From NCBI GenBank assembly GCA_964016885.1, contig OZ024743.1, positions 334,986,001 through 335,050,000 of the forward strand: a stretch of DNA of 64,000 nucleotides. Reading direction: 5' to 3'. Within the stretch, counting starts at the first letter, position 1, and each line of letters begins with the position of its first letter. Shown piece by piece: positions 26,627-38,450 of this stretch. Under the pieces are notes generated by a model. It had not been told where the DNA came from. It saw only the letters and a list, made by a program, of their open reading frames with translations, and ran no database searches. This DNA comes from Eledone cirrhosa. Taxonomy: Eukaryota. Both the position numbers and the translations under genes were made by a program.

Positions 26627-27778
26627 CGAGGGTGGACTGAAAATTGCATTGGCTGTGTACGAAGGAGTGATGCTCTGAGCTGTGAAATCTTGCATGTATT
26701 AACTTCAACTCTTGTTAATTGTATCGTTACGTTCCAAGTACACTGACATATGACTGTACAAAGAAGCCTTCAAAATTAGCTAATAGCGACCTTTCTTGAA
26801 AATGGACAAACATTTTCATCGTAGTGTTACCAATTACCTGCAGAAAAGGATTTAGTCCACCAAGGATCTTCGAGCTGATATGCTTGCTACATTAGGGGAT
26901 GGCGCTCCAGCTTTATCAACAGTGCAAAGATGGGTCGCTGAATTAAGAGAGAATCTTTAAGATGTCTGAAGGTATGGACGACCTGCATAGAAAGCATAGA
27001 GCGTATTGACCAGAGGGCGATGGAGGACATGCGATTAACTATAAGTGAAACAGCCACCTCCATTAGCATATCCCGTGAGAGAGTTCAGAATAATCCTCAC
27101 AATAAACTTGGCATGACAAAGGTTTCTGCTCGGTGGGTGCCAGATCTGACACATGATGAAATATGCACCAGGCTGATCACATCCCGGGAAAATAGATACA
27201 GTTGGTTACCTTGAACGTTTCCTAACCTAAGATGTGTGTTGCGTTCATCATTTTGCGCCAGAGACAAAGGGACAAACCCTGCGGCGGAAACACCCCCTCT
27301 TCACCCCCTCTGACGGGAAGGTGATGGCCTCAGTTTCATTGGATACAAAAGGCCATGTGTTTATTGTCAACTTTCTGAAGCAGTTACGAAAGGCGCTCAA
27401 GTCCAAACGACCAGGTAAATTGATGAAAGGTTTCTTGCTTCATCAGGACATGCCCCAGCACACAAGACCTTGGTTTCAATGGCTGCTGTGCTTGACTGTG
27501 TCTTTGAAGTGGTTTATTACTCTACCTATTCTCCTGATTTCATCTGTTCCTCAACATGAATAAGTATTGGCTGGGAACCAGTATCGCAGTGATGAGGACG
27601 TCATATCTGCTGTTGATGACTTTTTACCAACAGGATGAAAGTTTCTTCATCAATGGTAACCAAACACTACAGCACCGATTCAAGAAGTGTATAGACCTCA
27701 AGGGGAGGATTATGTTGAAAAGTAAACCTCGCCATGGGAATATCTTGCTCAGCCTATGAACCTTTCAGCGGGCGCTCG
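26627..27778 (+). mobile_element. mariner transposon with decayed transposase
   Basis: TA TSDs; ~29-bp TIRs CGAGGGTGGACTGAAAATTGCATTGGCTG / CAGCCTATGAACCTTTCAGCGGGCGCTCG; KVSARWVP, KVMASV, LLHQD motifs. Confidence 0.92.
26802..27725 (+). pseudogene. mariner transposase pseudogene
   Basis: Fragments MDK..., LGMTKVSARWVP, GKVMASVSLD, LKSKRPGKLMKGFLLHQD; multiple frameshifts. Confidence 0.9.
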
Positions 27779-27786
27779 TATTTAAA

Positions 27787-27850
27787 TGATTGATGAGCTC
27801 ATAACAGGGATAGAATACTCCAGATATTCTAACGAAACGGTTGTAAATCA
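27787..27850 (+). ncRNA. Degenerate hammerhead (core partly deleted)
   Basis: TGATT (ct)GATGA G..TAGAATA/TATTCTA..C GAAA CGGTTG TA AATCA. Confidence 0.45.
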
Positions 27851-28094
27851 ATCAAATGATTTAATTTAAATCCTTGTTAATCTTTATTTTTTTATATATG
27901 TGCTCTGTGATATTGCAAAAATATCGTGACTGGAAATTTATCGATTGGATTAAACACTGAACTGTCTCTTACCTATCTTGTTGTGGGCTATAAAATCTCA
28001 TTGAACTTTTAAATCTTCTTTACATTTATATGGCTGTATTATCAACTCATTTACATTTTATATTTATATACACACACACACTCAATTATGTGAA

Positions 28095-28375
28095 ACTCGC
28101 GGTTTAGAGGCTAGTGTATTCTGCTCAAAATCGTATGGTTATGAGTTCGCATCCCGGTGGCACGTTGTCCCCCTTTATTTCACATCACTCCACTCCACTC
28201 AGCAGGCAAACATGAGTTGTACGCGTAATTCGAAGGCCATCCTTGTCACATTGTTTTACGCTGAATCTCCCTGAGAACGAAGTTAAGGGTACAAGTGTCT
28301 GTAGAATGAACGTTAACTTCCTGATCGTATTAACTGGGGCACTCATCATCGTAACCGACAGAGTCGCAGTTTCAA
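28095..28375 (+). mobile_element. tRNA-derived CORE-type SINE
   Basis: Head GGTTTAGAGGCTAG..GAGTTCGCATCC; body GCTGAATCTCCCTGAGAACGAAGTTAAGGGTACA. Confidence 0.7.
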
Positions 28376-28842
28376 CACACACACCCACACACGGGCGGAC
28401 GGTGTGTTGGAAAAGTTGTTAGAGTCGGAAAGATTGTTATCAATTATTTGTTTACATTCTTAGTTCAAGCCTCGTCGATATAAATGTCGCCTTTCATTCT
28501 TCCAATGAAGTATCAGTCAAGAAGTGGGACCAATATCATCAACATCTCTCAAAAATACAAAAGAAATTAATATTTTTCTGTCCCTGTGCCAAAAGAAGAA
28601 AACATTATATATATATACATATATATATATATATGTGTGTGTGTGTATATATATATATATATGATACAGATATATCTGTATAAATACAGTATAGAAGTAG
28701 ACATGAATACACATATGCTTATATAGATTTGAATATTTTTTAATATAAAGAAATATAAATATGTAAAATATACGCACTTCCCTATAAATGAAAACATGAT
28801 AAAACATCATCTTATACTCGGGTGCTTATATCAAAAACACAC

Positions 28843-28922
<80 letters not shown>

Positions 28923-29047
28923 ACGCACACGCACGTACACACACACACACACGCACACTCACACATTTGCTCTTGTATGCATCATATATATATTGTGCTT
29001 GATAATGATATTTAACATACTTTACCACAAGGAATGAGGACACCTGT

Positions 29048-29080
29048 ACTTACCTGAAATAAAAGGAAACAATTATTAAA
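29048..29080 (-). other. Candidate recursive splice site (3' splice site directly followed by 5' splice site)
   Basis: Minus strand TTGTTTCCTTTTATTTCAG|GTAAGT, junction 29054/29053. Confidence 0.4.
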
Positions 29081-29671
29081 ACAATTTTTAAAACAAAGAA
29101 TTAAAAATAAACAAATATTTGTATCCCTTCGTTAAATCATTCTAAATCTAAACGTGTATAATTAATATAAAGCATTGCGAGATATGTAATAATATAACTG
29201 ATAAGTATTTCAAAATGCAGCTACAATGTGGTAGACATATATAAAGAGCAAAGGATAATATATAAAACAAAACAAAGCAACATTATGTTTTTACTCAGTA
29301 TAAATGATTTTAGAAAGCATTTAAATATAAGTTTGAAAGCAGAGTCAACGGTTTAAATTCCACATCAAATTTCCTATATCCAAATGGCTAAATGTCAGCA
29401 AAAGAGAACCCATGAATCATGTCCTGCATGCGCCACAGCCCCCTTAGAGTGTAAGAAGATAAAGGACCGAAACACTTGCTTCAGTTCCTTTGCTGCCTGG
29501 TACCAATCCTTTCAGTCATTCATATGGCAATCTAACCATTCTTTGTAATAGGGATAGCAAGTTTAATTGAGATCTGCCTAGTTTCTTTTCTCTTTTCTTT
29601 CTTGATATTCATAGTATACTACTGCATGTGAGATAGCTTTACATGGGGCCGCTCCTATAATAAGCTTTATA

Positions 29672-29888
29672 TTCATCATAGGGTGCTGTGCAGATGTCTT
29701 AAGAGTCACTTGGCACTCCATACTCATCATAGTGTGCTGTCCAGCTGCCCGGAGAGTCTGTGGCACTTCATACTCATCATAGGATGCTGTCCAGCTGTCC
29801 AGCTGTTCGGAGAGTCTTTATGCACTTCATACTAATCATAGGGTGCTGTCCAGCTGTCCTGAGAGTCTCCTGGCACTTCTTACTTCTA
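29672..29888 (-). repeat. ~51-bp minisatellite (4+ units), consensus reads YDEYEVPGDSQDSWTAP
   Basis: Units TATGATGAGTATGAAGTGCCA..GACTCT..CAGCTGGACAGCACCC; stops and indels in individual units. Confidence 0.75.
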
Positions 29889-30851
29889 ACGTTTTCAAAC
29901 ATTTCATGTCAAAGGTTTTAATTTCTTTAAACATATTTCCAGTGATTATCCCCTTTCTTTTTACTATTTAGAATTCTGTGCCACATGACACCAAATTAGC
30001 ATGATATTCTAGATTCTAGGAACAATTCAAAGGAGCACTATGTCTGCATATCGTTATATATTAAAATATTTAATCTACTGCAAATGTTCACGACGATCTG
30101 TTCACCACTAAACATACTTACTATGAACATTTGAATTAATTGATCCTATTTTTAGATATTTTCTGCTATTTGAGGATGTTAGGATTTAATACTCTCAAAC
30201 ACCAGCTGAACCCTTAAAGTATTGTACCAGGAAAAACCCCATTAGCAAAACAATCTTCAAAAGTACACAACAGCACTATGAGCACATCACAAAGGTTCAA
30301 ATCTGTAGTTTACATTTAACTTTTAAAACAATCAGTCCACTAGTAAAGATACAATAAACATTTGAATTAACAAATCTGAATATATATATAAAATGAATAA
30401 GAGAACGAGGGTTTAATTACATTATTTAATAGACTTATGAACGTTTCTTTCAAATACAGAAGGAACTACAGTTTTATTCTTTGGTACTGAATTCCACAAA
30501 ATCAATAATCAATACAAAAAAGATAATTATTTACCAACCAAATTTCCGAACATCTCCACATTCGGAAACATCTTTAAATATAGAGGTGAAAACGTTAAAA
30601 TACACACACACACACACACATTGCATATGTATCAAAATTAAGCAGGCTTTTTATATATCCACAGAACATACATCCAGACAGACACCAAATATATAAACAT
30701 TGTTTTAATGGTTACTTGAACCAAACATTATATAGACTTGTTTGTTTAGAATAAAAGAAATATAAATCGATTTGCTAGAAGTTTAACTGTTTAGAAATGT
30801 AAATTGAGTGTAAAATTTCCAAACTCATTCACACACACACAAATATATGTA

Positions 30852-30928
<77 letters not shown>

Positions 30929-30929
<1 letters not shown>

Positions 30930-31128
30930 TGGTTACACAACAGTTAGTTCACCATACCGAGAACAATTGTATTGTTTCATCTTAGCGGTTCCTCAGCTCG
31001 TAATGGACATGGTTATACGGTACGGGAAGGACCTTCCCGTTCCGTATAACCATGTCCATTACGAGCTGAGGATCCGCTAAGGTGAAACAATTGTTCTCGG
31101 TATGGTGAACTAACTGTTGAGTAACCGC
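30929..31128. repeat. Near-perfect 200-bp palindrome, centre 31031, HHR in each arm
   Basis: 30929-31030 is the reverse complement of 31032-31128; followed by a 30-bp tandem repeat at 31155-31230. Confidence 0.92.
31056..31105 (+). ncRNA. Type I hammerhead
   Basis: CCATTACGAG CTGAGGA TCC-GCTAA-GGT GAAA CAATTG TT CTCGGTATGG. Confidence 0.85.
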
Positions 31129-31232
31129 TTCTACCTAACTCGTTCCATGGACTGAGTGCTCTACCACTACGGATATTACCTTCCAGTGTTCTACCACTAC
31201 GGATATTACCTTCCAGTGTTCTACCACTATAT

Positions 31233-31288
<56 letters not shown>

Positions 31289-31290
<2 letters not shown>

Positions 31291-31857
31291 TGGCTGCCAA
31301 CTCGTTTTCGAGTACGGCCACTACTTTATATCCATGTAGGAGAACCCCTACCGATGCGCTGAACGTGAGTGACTTTTTAGTCCAGCCAGCGACTTGAAAA
31401 CTCTGGTACAAACACTACACTTGTGACAATTATTAACACATAGTGCTGGGCCCATGGTACCCTGTGACCACAAGTGCAGAGAGATCTCCAGATATAAAGT
31501 AATGCCTGTGCCGTGAAGCTTTTATAGTGAGCAAAGGCACTGCACAAAGCCAGTCCCACTCTCTTAACCAAGATGATATTTACCAAAAAGAACAAGTCAA
31601 CATCATTGGATACCATCAGGGTTGCAGGTGTTATATCAGAGTTTTCCTTCTCCTAGAATTCTGCCTTGACAAAGGCTAAGGTATCATCACTCCCGGTGAT
31701 TTTGGATGTCCATTGAATCTTAAGAGCTCCTTTGCCCTTTGACAGGTTTTGTTTTTAGTCCTGCAGGATGTCCAAAGTCACTCTCCTCACCAAGAAACCT
31801 TGGTGGGGTTGCTAGTTTAGTCGACAACGACCCGACCATGAGACAGCTCGTACTGGG
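31289..31857 (+). mobile_element. Putative RTE 5' UTR fragment (longest copy)
   Basis: Starts with hairpin GGTGGCTG-CCAACTCG-TTTT-CGAGTA-CGGCCACT; homologous to 16779 and 5756 copies. Confidence 0.6.
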
Positions 31858-31883
31858 ATATATATATGTGTGTCTGTGGAATT

Positions 31884-31978
31884 ACCCCTTGATAAGTTCG
31901 GCTATTTAAATACCAGAATTAATTTTTCCTTCAGTACAGAATTAGCCGTCGAAACGGCTTGAGCTCAGCCGTCGGAGT
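31884..31978 (+). ncRNA. Type I hammerhead with U3-A8 core
   Basis: ACCCC TTGATAA G(TT)CGGCTA...TAGCCGTC GAAA CGGCT-TGAGCTC-AGCCG TC GG(A/G)GT. Confidence 0.75.
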
Positions 31979-31988
31979 CTTACATGTT

Positions 31989-32059
<71 letters not shown>

Positions 32060-32103
32060 AATGAATTTTTAATTTTGGCGTACTAAAATACTGGTACACA
32101 CCG

Positions 32104-33490
32104 TTTTATCCAATTCGACATCAACAATTTCTACTCCTCCATCACTTTACCACTTCTCCTTAGAGCTATCAATTTCGCTAAAACACTCACAGTAGTTAAG
32201 GGTTTCGAAGTTGATGTCATCATTAATGCCCGAAATTCGGTGATTAATTTTGACGACTCTATTTGGATAAAAAAATCCAATAGTACCCCATTCGACGTGA
32301 GTATGGGCGCCAATGACTCTGCGGAGGTTACTGATCTTATTGGCCTTTTCCTTCTTTTCTCTATCAAGGACGAATTCCCCAACGCGGGCGGTTGTTTGTA
32401 CCGTGACGATGGTCTTTTGACCATGACTAAGTGCGGACCTCGTGCTTGTGACAGGTTCAGAAAAGAACTCACAGCCTTCTTTAAAGGCTTCAACCTCTCT
32501 ATACAGGTTGAGGCCAATCTCTCGGTCGTTAATTACCTCGACGTTACCCTCAATTTATTGAATGGGTTTTATTACCCGTATAGAAAGCCGAATGATACGA
32601 TTAATTACATAAGCAAACATTCCAACCATCCTGCCAGCATAACCAAGAACCTGGTAAAAAATGTTTCGTTGAGGCTTTCCCGTCTTTCCACCAACGAGCG
32701 CATTTTCAACGACCATTCCACTTATTACAATGAAGCTCTTGCTCGAAGTGGATTTGTCGATAAGGTAGCATATACAGAGTACGAAAATAGACCTAGAAGA
32801 AATAGATCCCGTTAACATTTGTTGGTTTAACCCACTATATAATATGGAGGTGGCCACACCATTAGCTAAGATCTTTCTTTCCCTTATTACGAAGCATTTT
32901 CCCCCTACACATAAATATAGTAACATTTTTAATAGAAATACTATTAAAATTTCTTACTCTACGACTCCTAACCTTGCACATAACATCACAGCTTCAAATT
33001 TAGCTAAACTACCTAGCCGTAGGAACACGTGCAACCGTGTAGTTAGTACTAACTGTAATTGTAGGAATCGGGCTGATTGCCCCCTATCCGGGAAATGCCT
33101 CTCTAGTAACATTGTCTACAAATGTAAGGTTGTAACAGCCACGTCCCATAGGGCCTACATAGGGTTAACCGCCAATAGTTTCAAGCAGCGTCTTTACATG
33201 TATACCCATTCTTTTCGTTACCCCCTAAGAAGGAATATGACGTCACTTTCAGCTTATATCTGGAGTCTAAAAGACAACCACACCCAATATAAGTTACACT
33301 GGGAGATCCTAGCTAGGGCTAGATCGTATAACGGAAATAAAAGACCATGTGACCTCTGCGCCGCTGAGGCCCTGGAAATACTCTACGCCAAGACCACATC
33401 TTAAACAAAAAGTCTGAGGCAATTTCGGCTTGTAAACATAAATTGCACAAAACTTTCCTGTATTACAGCCCCACGTTATACCCTAACGGA
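32104..33490 (+). pseudogene. PLE reverse transcriptase-endonuclease ORF remnant
   Basis: ORFs 32240-32815 and 32844-33404 separated by a stop/frameshift. Confidence 0.92.
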
Positions 33491-34404
33491 TAGCCCGATC
33501 TATACGTGAATATTTTACGTCTTGATGTGGGAGCTAAGTATATGTTTTGTTTATTCCTTTACTTATTTGCATAGGTAAGTATATATTACCCGTATGTTTT
33601 GTGAACGTATGTATATCTTCTCGTACGTATATTTGACTGTTATGGCGTATAATTTTTACATATTCTGGTATTTAGGGTTTGGCTATGTGTATACGGGAGT
33701 TTTGCGTCTGCGTGAGTATGCAGGTTCGTACGTATGGTGGGTGTGTGTATATGTGTAATTCTTGTTTTAGTTGACTTACGTCTCCGAACATTCGTGTATT
33801 TATGTGTAGGTATGTGTGTGCGCTTGTTATATACGTATTTATTTACTTATATACGTTTATATAATTATTTATTTATTTGTACACAAGCATACACACACAC
33901 ACATATTTATATGTGCGTGGTTTTGTATACCTTGGTAAGGTTTTGCGTATGCTTGTGTATGTACGTATCTGTTTGCGTGTATGTATTTATTTGTTTCTAT
34001 TACTTCTGTATTGTATTTATTTACTTTGTTCTTAACTCTGTAGCGGAGATTCATTTGGTCTTCTAGTTAGAATTTTAGTCTACGACTTCTGCTATACCAT
34101 TTACGTGGTTTTGTCTTTGCGTGCTATTGTTCTCCACGCTCCACATATGACGTATTATCTTCGTTTTTTCGTTCATTGCCAGAGAACGTCTCTATGCACC
34201 ACCTAAGAGAACATTAGTCTACGACCTCTTTTATACCATAAACGTGGTTCTGTCTTTGCGTGTAATTGTTTTTCCCCGCTCCTATTAATGACGTATTATT
34301 CGTTTTTTCCCGTTCTTTGCCAGCGAACGTTTCCACGAACCAAAGTATCGTCTTCCTGTCTTCCTCCGGTTGCAACGTATTTTGAAATATCCAGTTCTGC
34401 GTTT

Positions 34405-34480
34405 ACAGATTGACTTTGTTAGTTTCAGAAGATCCCGTTAAGGGTGAAAGCAGCGATTCTTTGCTTAAACTTTAATCTGT
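34405..34480 (+). ncRNA. Extended type I hammerhead with CAGAAGA (U4A) core, family A
   Basis: ACAGATTGA-CTTTGTT-AGTTT CAGAAGA TCCC-GTTAA-GGGT GAAA GCA-GCGATTCTT-TGC TT AAACT TTAATCTGT. Confidence 0.82.
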
Positions 34481-34577
34481 TATTTTAATAAATATTTGCT
34501 CTACGGTTCTTATATATTCGATATATATTTTCCTTATCGAGCCCTCTTTGGATTTTAGTCTTCAATTTTATTATTAT

Positions 34578-34662
<85 letters not shown>

Positions 34663-35011
34663 TATTCATTTAGCACGTTTTGGAAGCCTCAACAATGCAG
34701 ATGTGTAATTCTCCGGTGGTGGAGAGAGAGATGTAAGTGAATGTAGATTGAGATGTGTAGTGTGTAGAAGAACGTAGGAAAGAGCGTAAAAAAATAAAAA
34801 TAATAACACGAGATAGAGTTACCTTGGGAGAGATTTAATTGTCCCTATATATTTCGGATTCACATCCACCAACTGGGTTTTTTTTTCGGGTAGGGGGGGG
34901 GGGGGGCGTTGTCTGTCGGAAAGTTGCGAAACGTCTCCTCCGCTGTTCGTTGTTTTGAATATCTGAATATATTCAGCAGAGCGCGCGCGTCAAGTATATA
35001 TATATAAATAT

Positions 35012-37765
35012 ATTAAAATAACAGATTAAAGTTTAAGCAAAGAATTGCTGCTTTCACCCTTAACGTGATCTTCTGAAACTAACAATGTCAATCTGTGAAC
35101 TCAGAAGTGAATATTTCAAAAAACGTTGCAACCGGAGGAAGACAGGAAGACGATATTTTGGTTCGTGGAAACGTTCTCTGGCAAAGAACGGGAAAAAAAA
35201 GAATATAATACGTCATTATTTAGAGCAGTGAAAAACAATTACACGCAAAGACAGAACCACGTTTATGGTATAAAAGAAGTCGTCGACTAATATTCTCTTA
35301 GGTTGTTGATAGAGACGTTCTCTGGCAATGAACGGAAAAAATTGAAGATAATACGTCATATGTGGAGCGTAGAGAACAATTGCACGCAAAGACAAAACCA
35401 CGTAAATGGTATAACTGAAGTCGTAGACTAAAATTCTAACTAGGAAACCGAATGATTCTCCGCTTCAGAGTTAAGAATAAAGACAATACAATACAGAGGT
35501 AATTGAAATTAAATAAATACATACACGCACCCATATACGTACATACACAAGCATACGCGAAAACACTCGCCATAGGTATACAAATACACGCACATATAAA
35601 TATGTGTGTGTGTGTGTGCGTGTATACAACTAATTAAATAAACGTATATAAATAAATACGTATATAACAAGCGCACACACATACCTACATGTAAATACAC
35701 AAATGTTCGGAGATGTACGCCAACCAAAACACGAAGTACACATATACACACACCCTACATACGTACGAACCCGCATACTCACACAGACGCAAAACTCACG
35801 TATACACATAATCAAAAACATATGTACCAGAATATATAAAAAATATACGCCATAACATATACCATCAAATATACGTACGAGAAAGTATACATACCTGCAC
35901 AAAACATACAGGTAATATATACTTACCTATGCAAATAAGTAATGGTATAAATATAACATATACTTAGCTACTACATCAAGACGTAAAATATCCACGTATA
36001 GATCGTAATATCCTTTAGGGTATACTGTGGGGCTATAATACAGGAAAGTTTTGTGCAATTTATGTTTACAAGCCGAAATTGCCTCAGATTTTTTGTTTAA
36101 TATGTCGTCTGTGGCGTAGAGTATGTCCAGGGCCTGAGTGGCGCAGAGATCATATGGTCTTTTATTTCCGTTATACGATCTAGCCCTAGCTAGGATCTCC
36201 CAGTGTAACTTATATTGGGTGTGGTTGTCTTTTAGACTCCAGCTTTGTGCAATTTATGTTTACAAGCCAAAATTGCCTCAGATCTTTTGTTTAAGATGTG
36301 GTCTGTGGCGTAGAGTATTTCTAGGGCCTCAGTGGCGCAGAGGTCACATGGTCTTGTATTTCCGTTATACGATCTAGCACTAGCTAGGATCTCCCAGTGT
36401 AACTTATATTGGGTGTGGTTGTCTTTAGACTCCAGATATAAGCAGAAAGTGACGTCATATTGCTTCTTAGAGGGTAACGAAAAGAATGGGTATGCATGTA
36501 AAGACGCTGCTTGAATCTATTGGCGGTTAACCTTATGTAGGCCCTACGAGACGTGGGTGTTTCAACCTTACATTTGTAGACAATGTTACTAGAGAGGCAT
36601 TTCCCGGATAGGGGCAATCAACCCCAGTCCTACAATTACAGTTAGTACTAACTACAGGGTTGCACGTGTTCCTACGGCTAGGTAGTTTAGCTGAGTTTGA
36701 AGCTGTGATGTTATGTGCAAGTTTAGCAGTCGTAGAGTAAGAAATTTTAATAGTATTTCTATTAAACATTTTGCTATATTTATGTGTAGGGGGAAAATGC
36801 TTCATAATAAGGGATAGAAAGATCTTAGCTAATGGTGTGGCCACCTCCATATGATATGGTGGGTTATACCATATAATGCGTCGGGATCTATTTCTTCTAG
36901 GTCTATTCTCGTACTCTGTATATGCTACCTTATTGACAAATCCACTCCGAGATAGAGCTTCATTGTAATATGTGGAATGGTCGTTGAAAATATGCTCGTT
37001 AGTAGATAGACGGGAAAGCCTCAAAGAAAGGTTTCTTACCAGGTTCTTGGTTATGCTGGCAGGATGGTTGGAATGCTAACTTATGTAATTAAGCGTTTCA
37101 TTCGGCTTTCTATACGGGTAATACAAGCCATTCGATAAATTGAGCGTAACGTCGAGGTAATTAACGACCGAGAGGTTGGCCTCAACCTACATAGAGAGAT
37201 TGACACCTTTAAAGAAGGCTGTGAGTTTTTTCTGAACCTGTCGCAAGCACGTGGGCCGCACTTAGTCATGGTCAAAAGATCATCGTCACGGTACAAACCA
37301 CCGCCCACGTTGGGGAATTCGTCCTTGATTAAGAAAAGAAAGAAAAGGCCGATAAGATCAGTAACCTCCGCAGAATCGCTGGCGCCCATACTCACGTCGA
37401 ATGGGGTACTATTAGTTTTTTTAATCCAAATAGAGTCGTCGAAATTAATCACCGACTTACGGGCATTGAGGATGACATCAACTTCGAAATCCTTAACCAC
37501 TGTGAGTGTTTTAGCGAAATTGATAGCTCTAAGGAGAAGTCGTAAAGTGATGGAGGAGTAGTAATTATTGATGTCGAATTGGATAAACCGGCAATGTTTA
37601 GTTTCAGAAGATCCCGTTAAGGGTGAAAGCAGCGATTCTTTGCTTACACTTTAATCTGTTATTTTAATAAATATTTGCTCTACTGTTCTTATATATTTGA
37701 TATATATTTATCCTTATCGAGCCCTCTTTGGATTTTAGTCTTTAAATTTATTATTATTACTATAT
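35012..37765 (-). mobile_element. 5'-truncated PLE, family A, with inverted pseudo-LTR end (37597-37765) and 194-bp internal duplication
   Basis: ORFs 37081-37500, 36533-37024, 36384-36617; HHR copies 35021-35096 (-) and 37597-37659 (+); duplication 36050-36242/36244-36436. Confidence 0.95.
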
Positions 37766-37771
37766 ATATCC

Positions 37772-37962
37772 AAGGGCGGTGGATTGGCAGTATCGCTAGA
37801 GGGTCGGGCGCCATGCTTTCCACCATAGTTACGTCCTTTTACGATATGAGTTCAAATCCCGCCGAGGTTGACTTTGCCTTTCATCCTTACGGGGTCGATA
37901 AAATAAAGTACCAGTGATGCACTGGATATTTGCTGGCCTCGTGCCTAAAGTAGAAACAATTA
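37772..37962 (+). mobile_element. Nin/Deu-like tRNA SINE
   Basis: TGGCAGTATCGCTAG A-box, GAGTTCAAATCC B-box, conserved body. Confidence 0.85.
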
Positions 37963-37963
37963 C

Positions 37964-37994
<31 letters not shown>

Positions 37995-38189
37995 ACACAT
38001 ATATATTTATATATAGGTAGACGCGCTCCATCATCGACTTTTCTAAAAATGTATATCATACACAAAACACCAGCATCAACAGTTTTCCAAGAGATGGCAA
38101 CATGAATGAATCTATTATTTTTCTCTAAAAACCTTATTTTTTCGATTCCGCCCCACCCATCCCTTCAATCTTTCTAATTTCTCATTCTT

Positions 38190-38225
38190 TCTTCTGATCA
38201 AGGACTAGCGTCCGAAACGTTAAGA
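38190..38225 (+). ncRNA. Degenerate minimal hammerhead
   Basis: TCTT CTGATCAA GGAC-TAGC-GTCC GAAA CG TT AAGA (G8 mutated). Confidence 0.5.
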
Positions 38226-38325
38226 CCCTCTTCCTGCTGTTTCAAGCCTTAACTTAATATATTCCTTCCGTATACTGTACCGATTGTTTTGTTATTTTTG
38301 TTTACATGTTAACCCCCCTCCCCCT

Positions 38326-38393
<68 letters not shown>

Positions 38394-38416
38394 TATACAC
38401 ACATATATATATACGC

Positions 38417-38450
<34 letters not shown>

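Larger units (their letters stand above)
32090..34580 (+). mobile_element. 5'-truncated PLE, family A (RT + GIY-YIG + 3' UTR with HHR)
   Basis: FIQFDINNFYSSI, FDVSMGANDSAEV, LYRDDGL, NYLDVTL, SNHP; CNCR..CPLSGKCL..IVYKC..AYIGLT..CDLC; ends at (TA)n. Confidence 0.95.

Noticed and set aside
31289-31325. HDV-like ribozyme at the putative RTE 5' end
   Set aside because: Only a simple hairpin is visible; the nested double-pseudoknot order could not be built.
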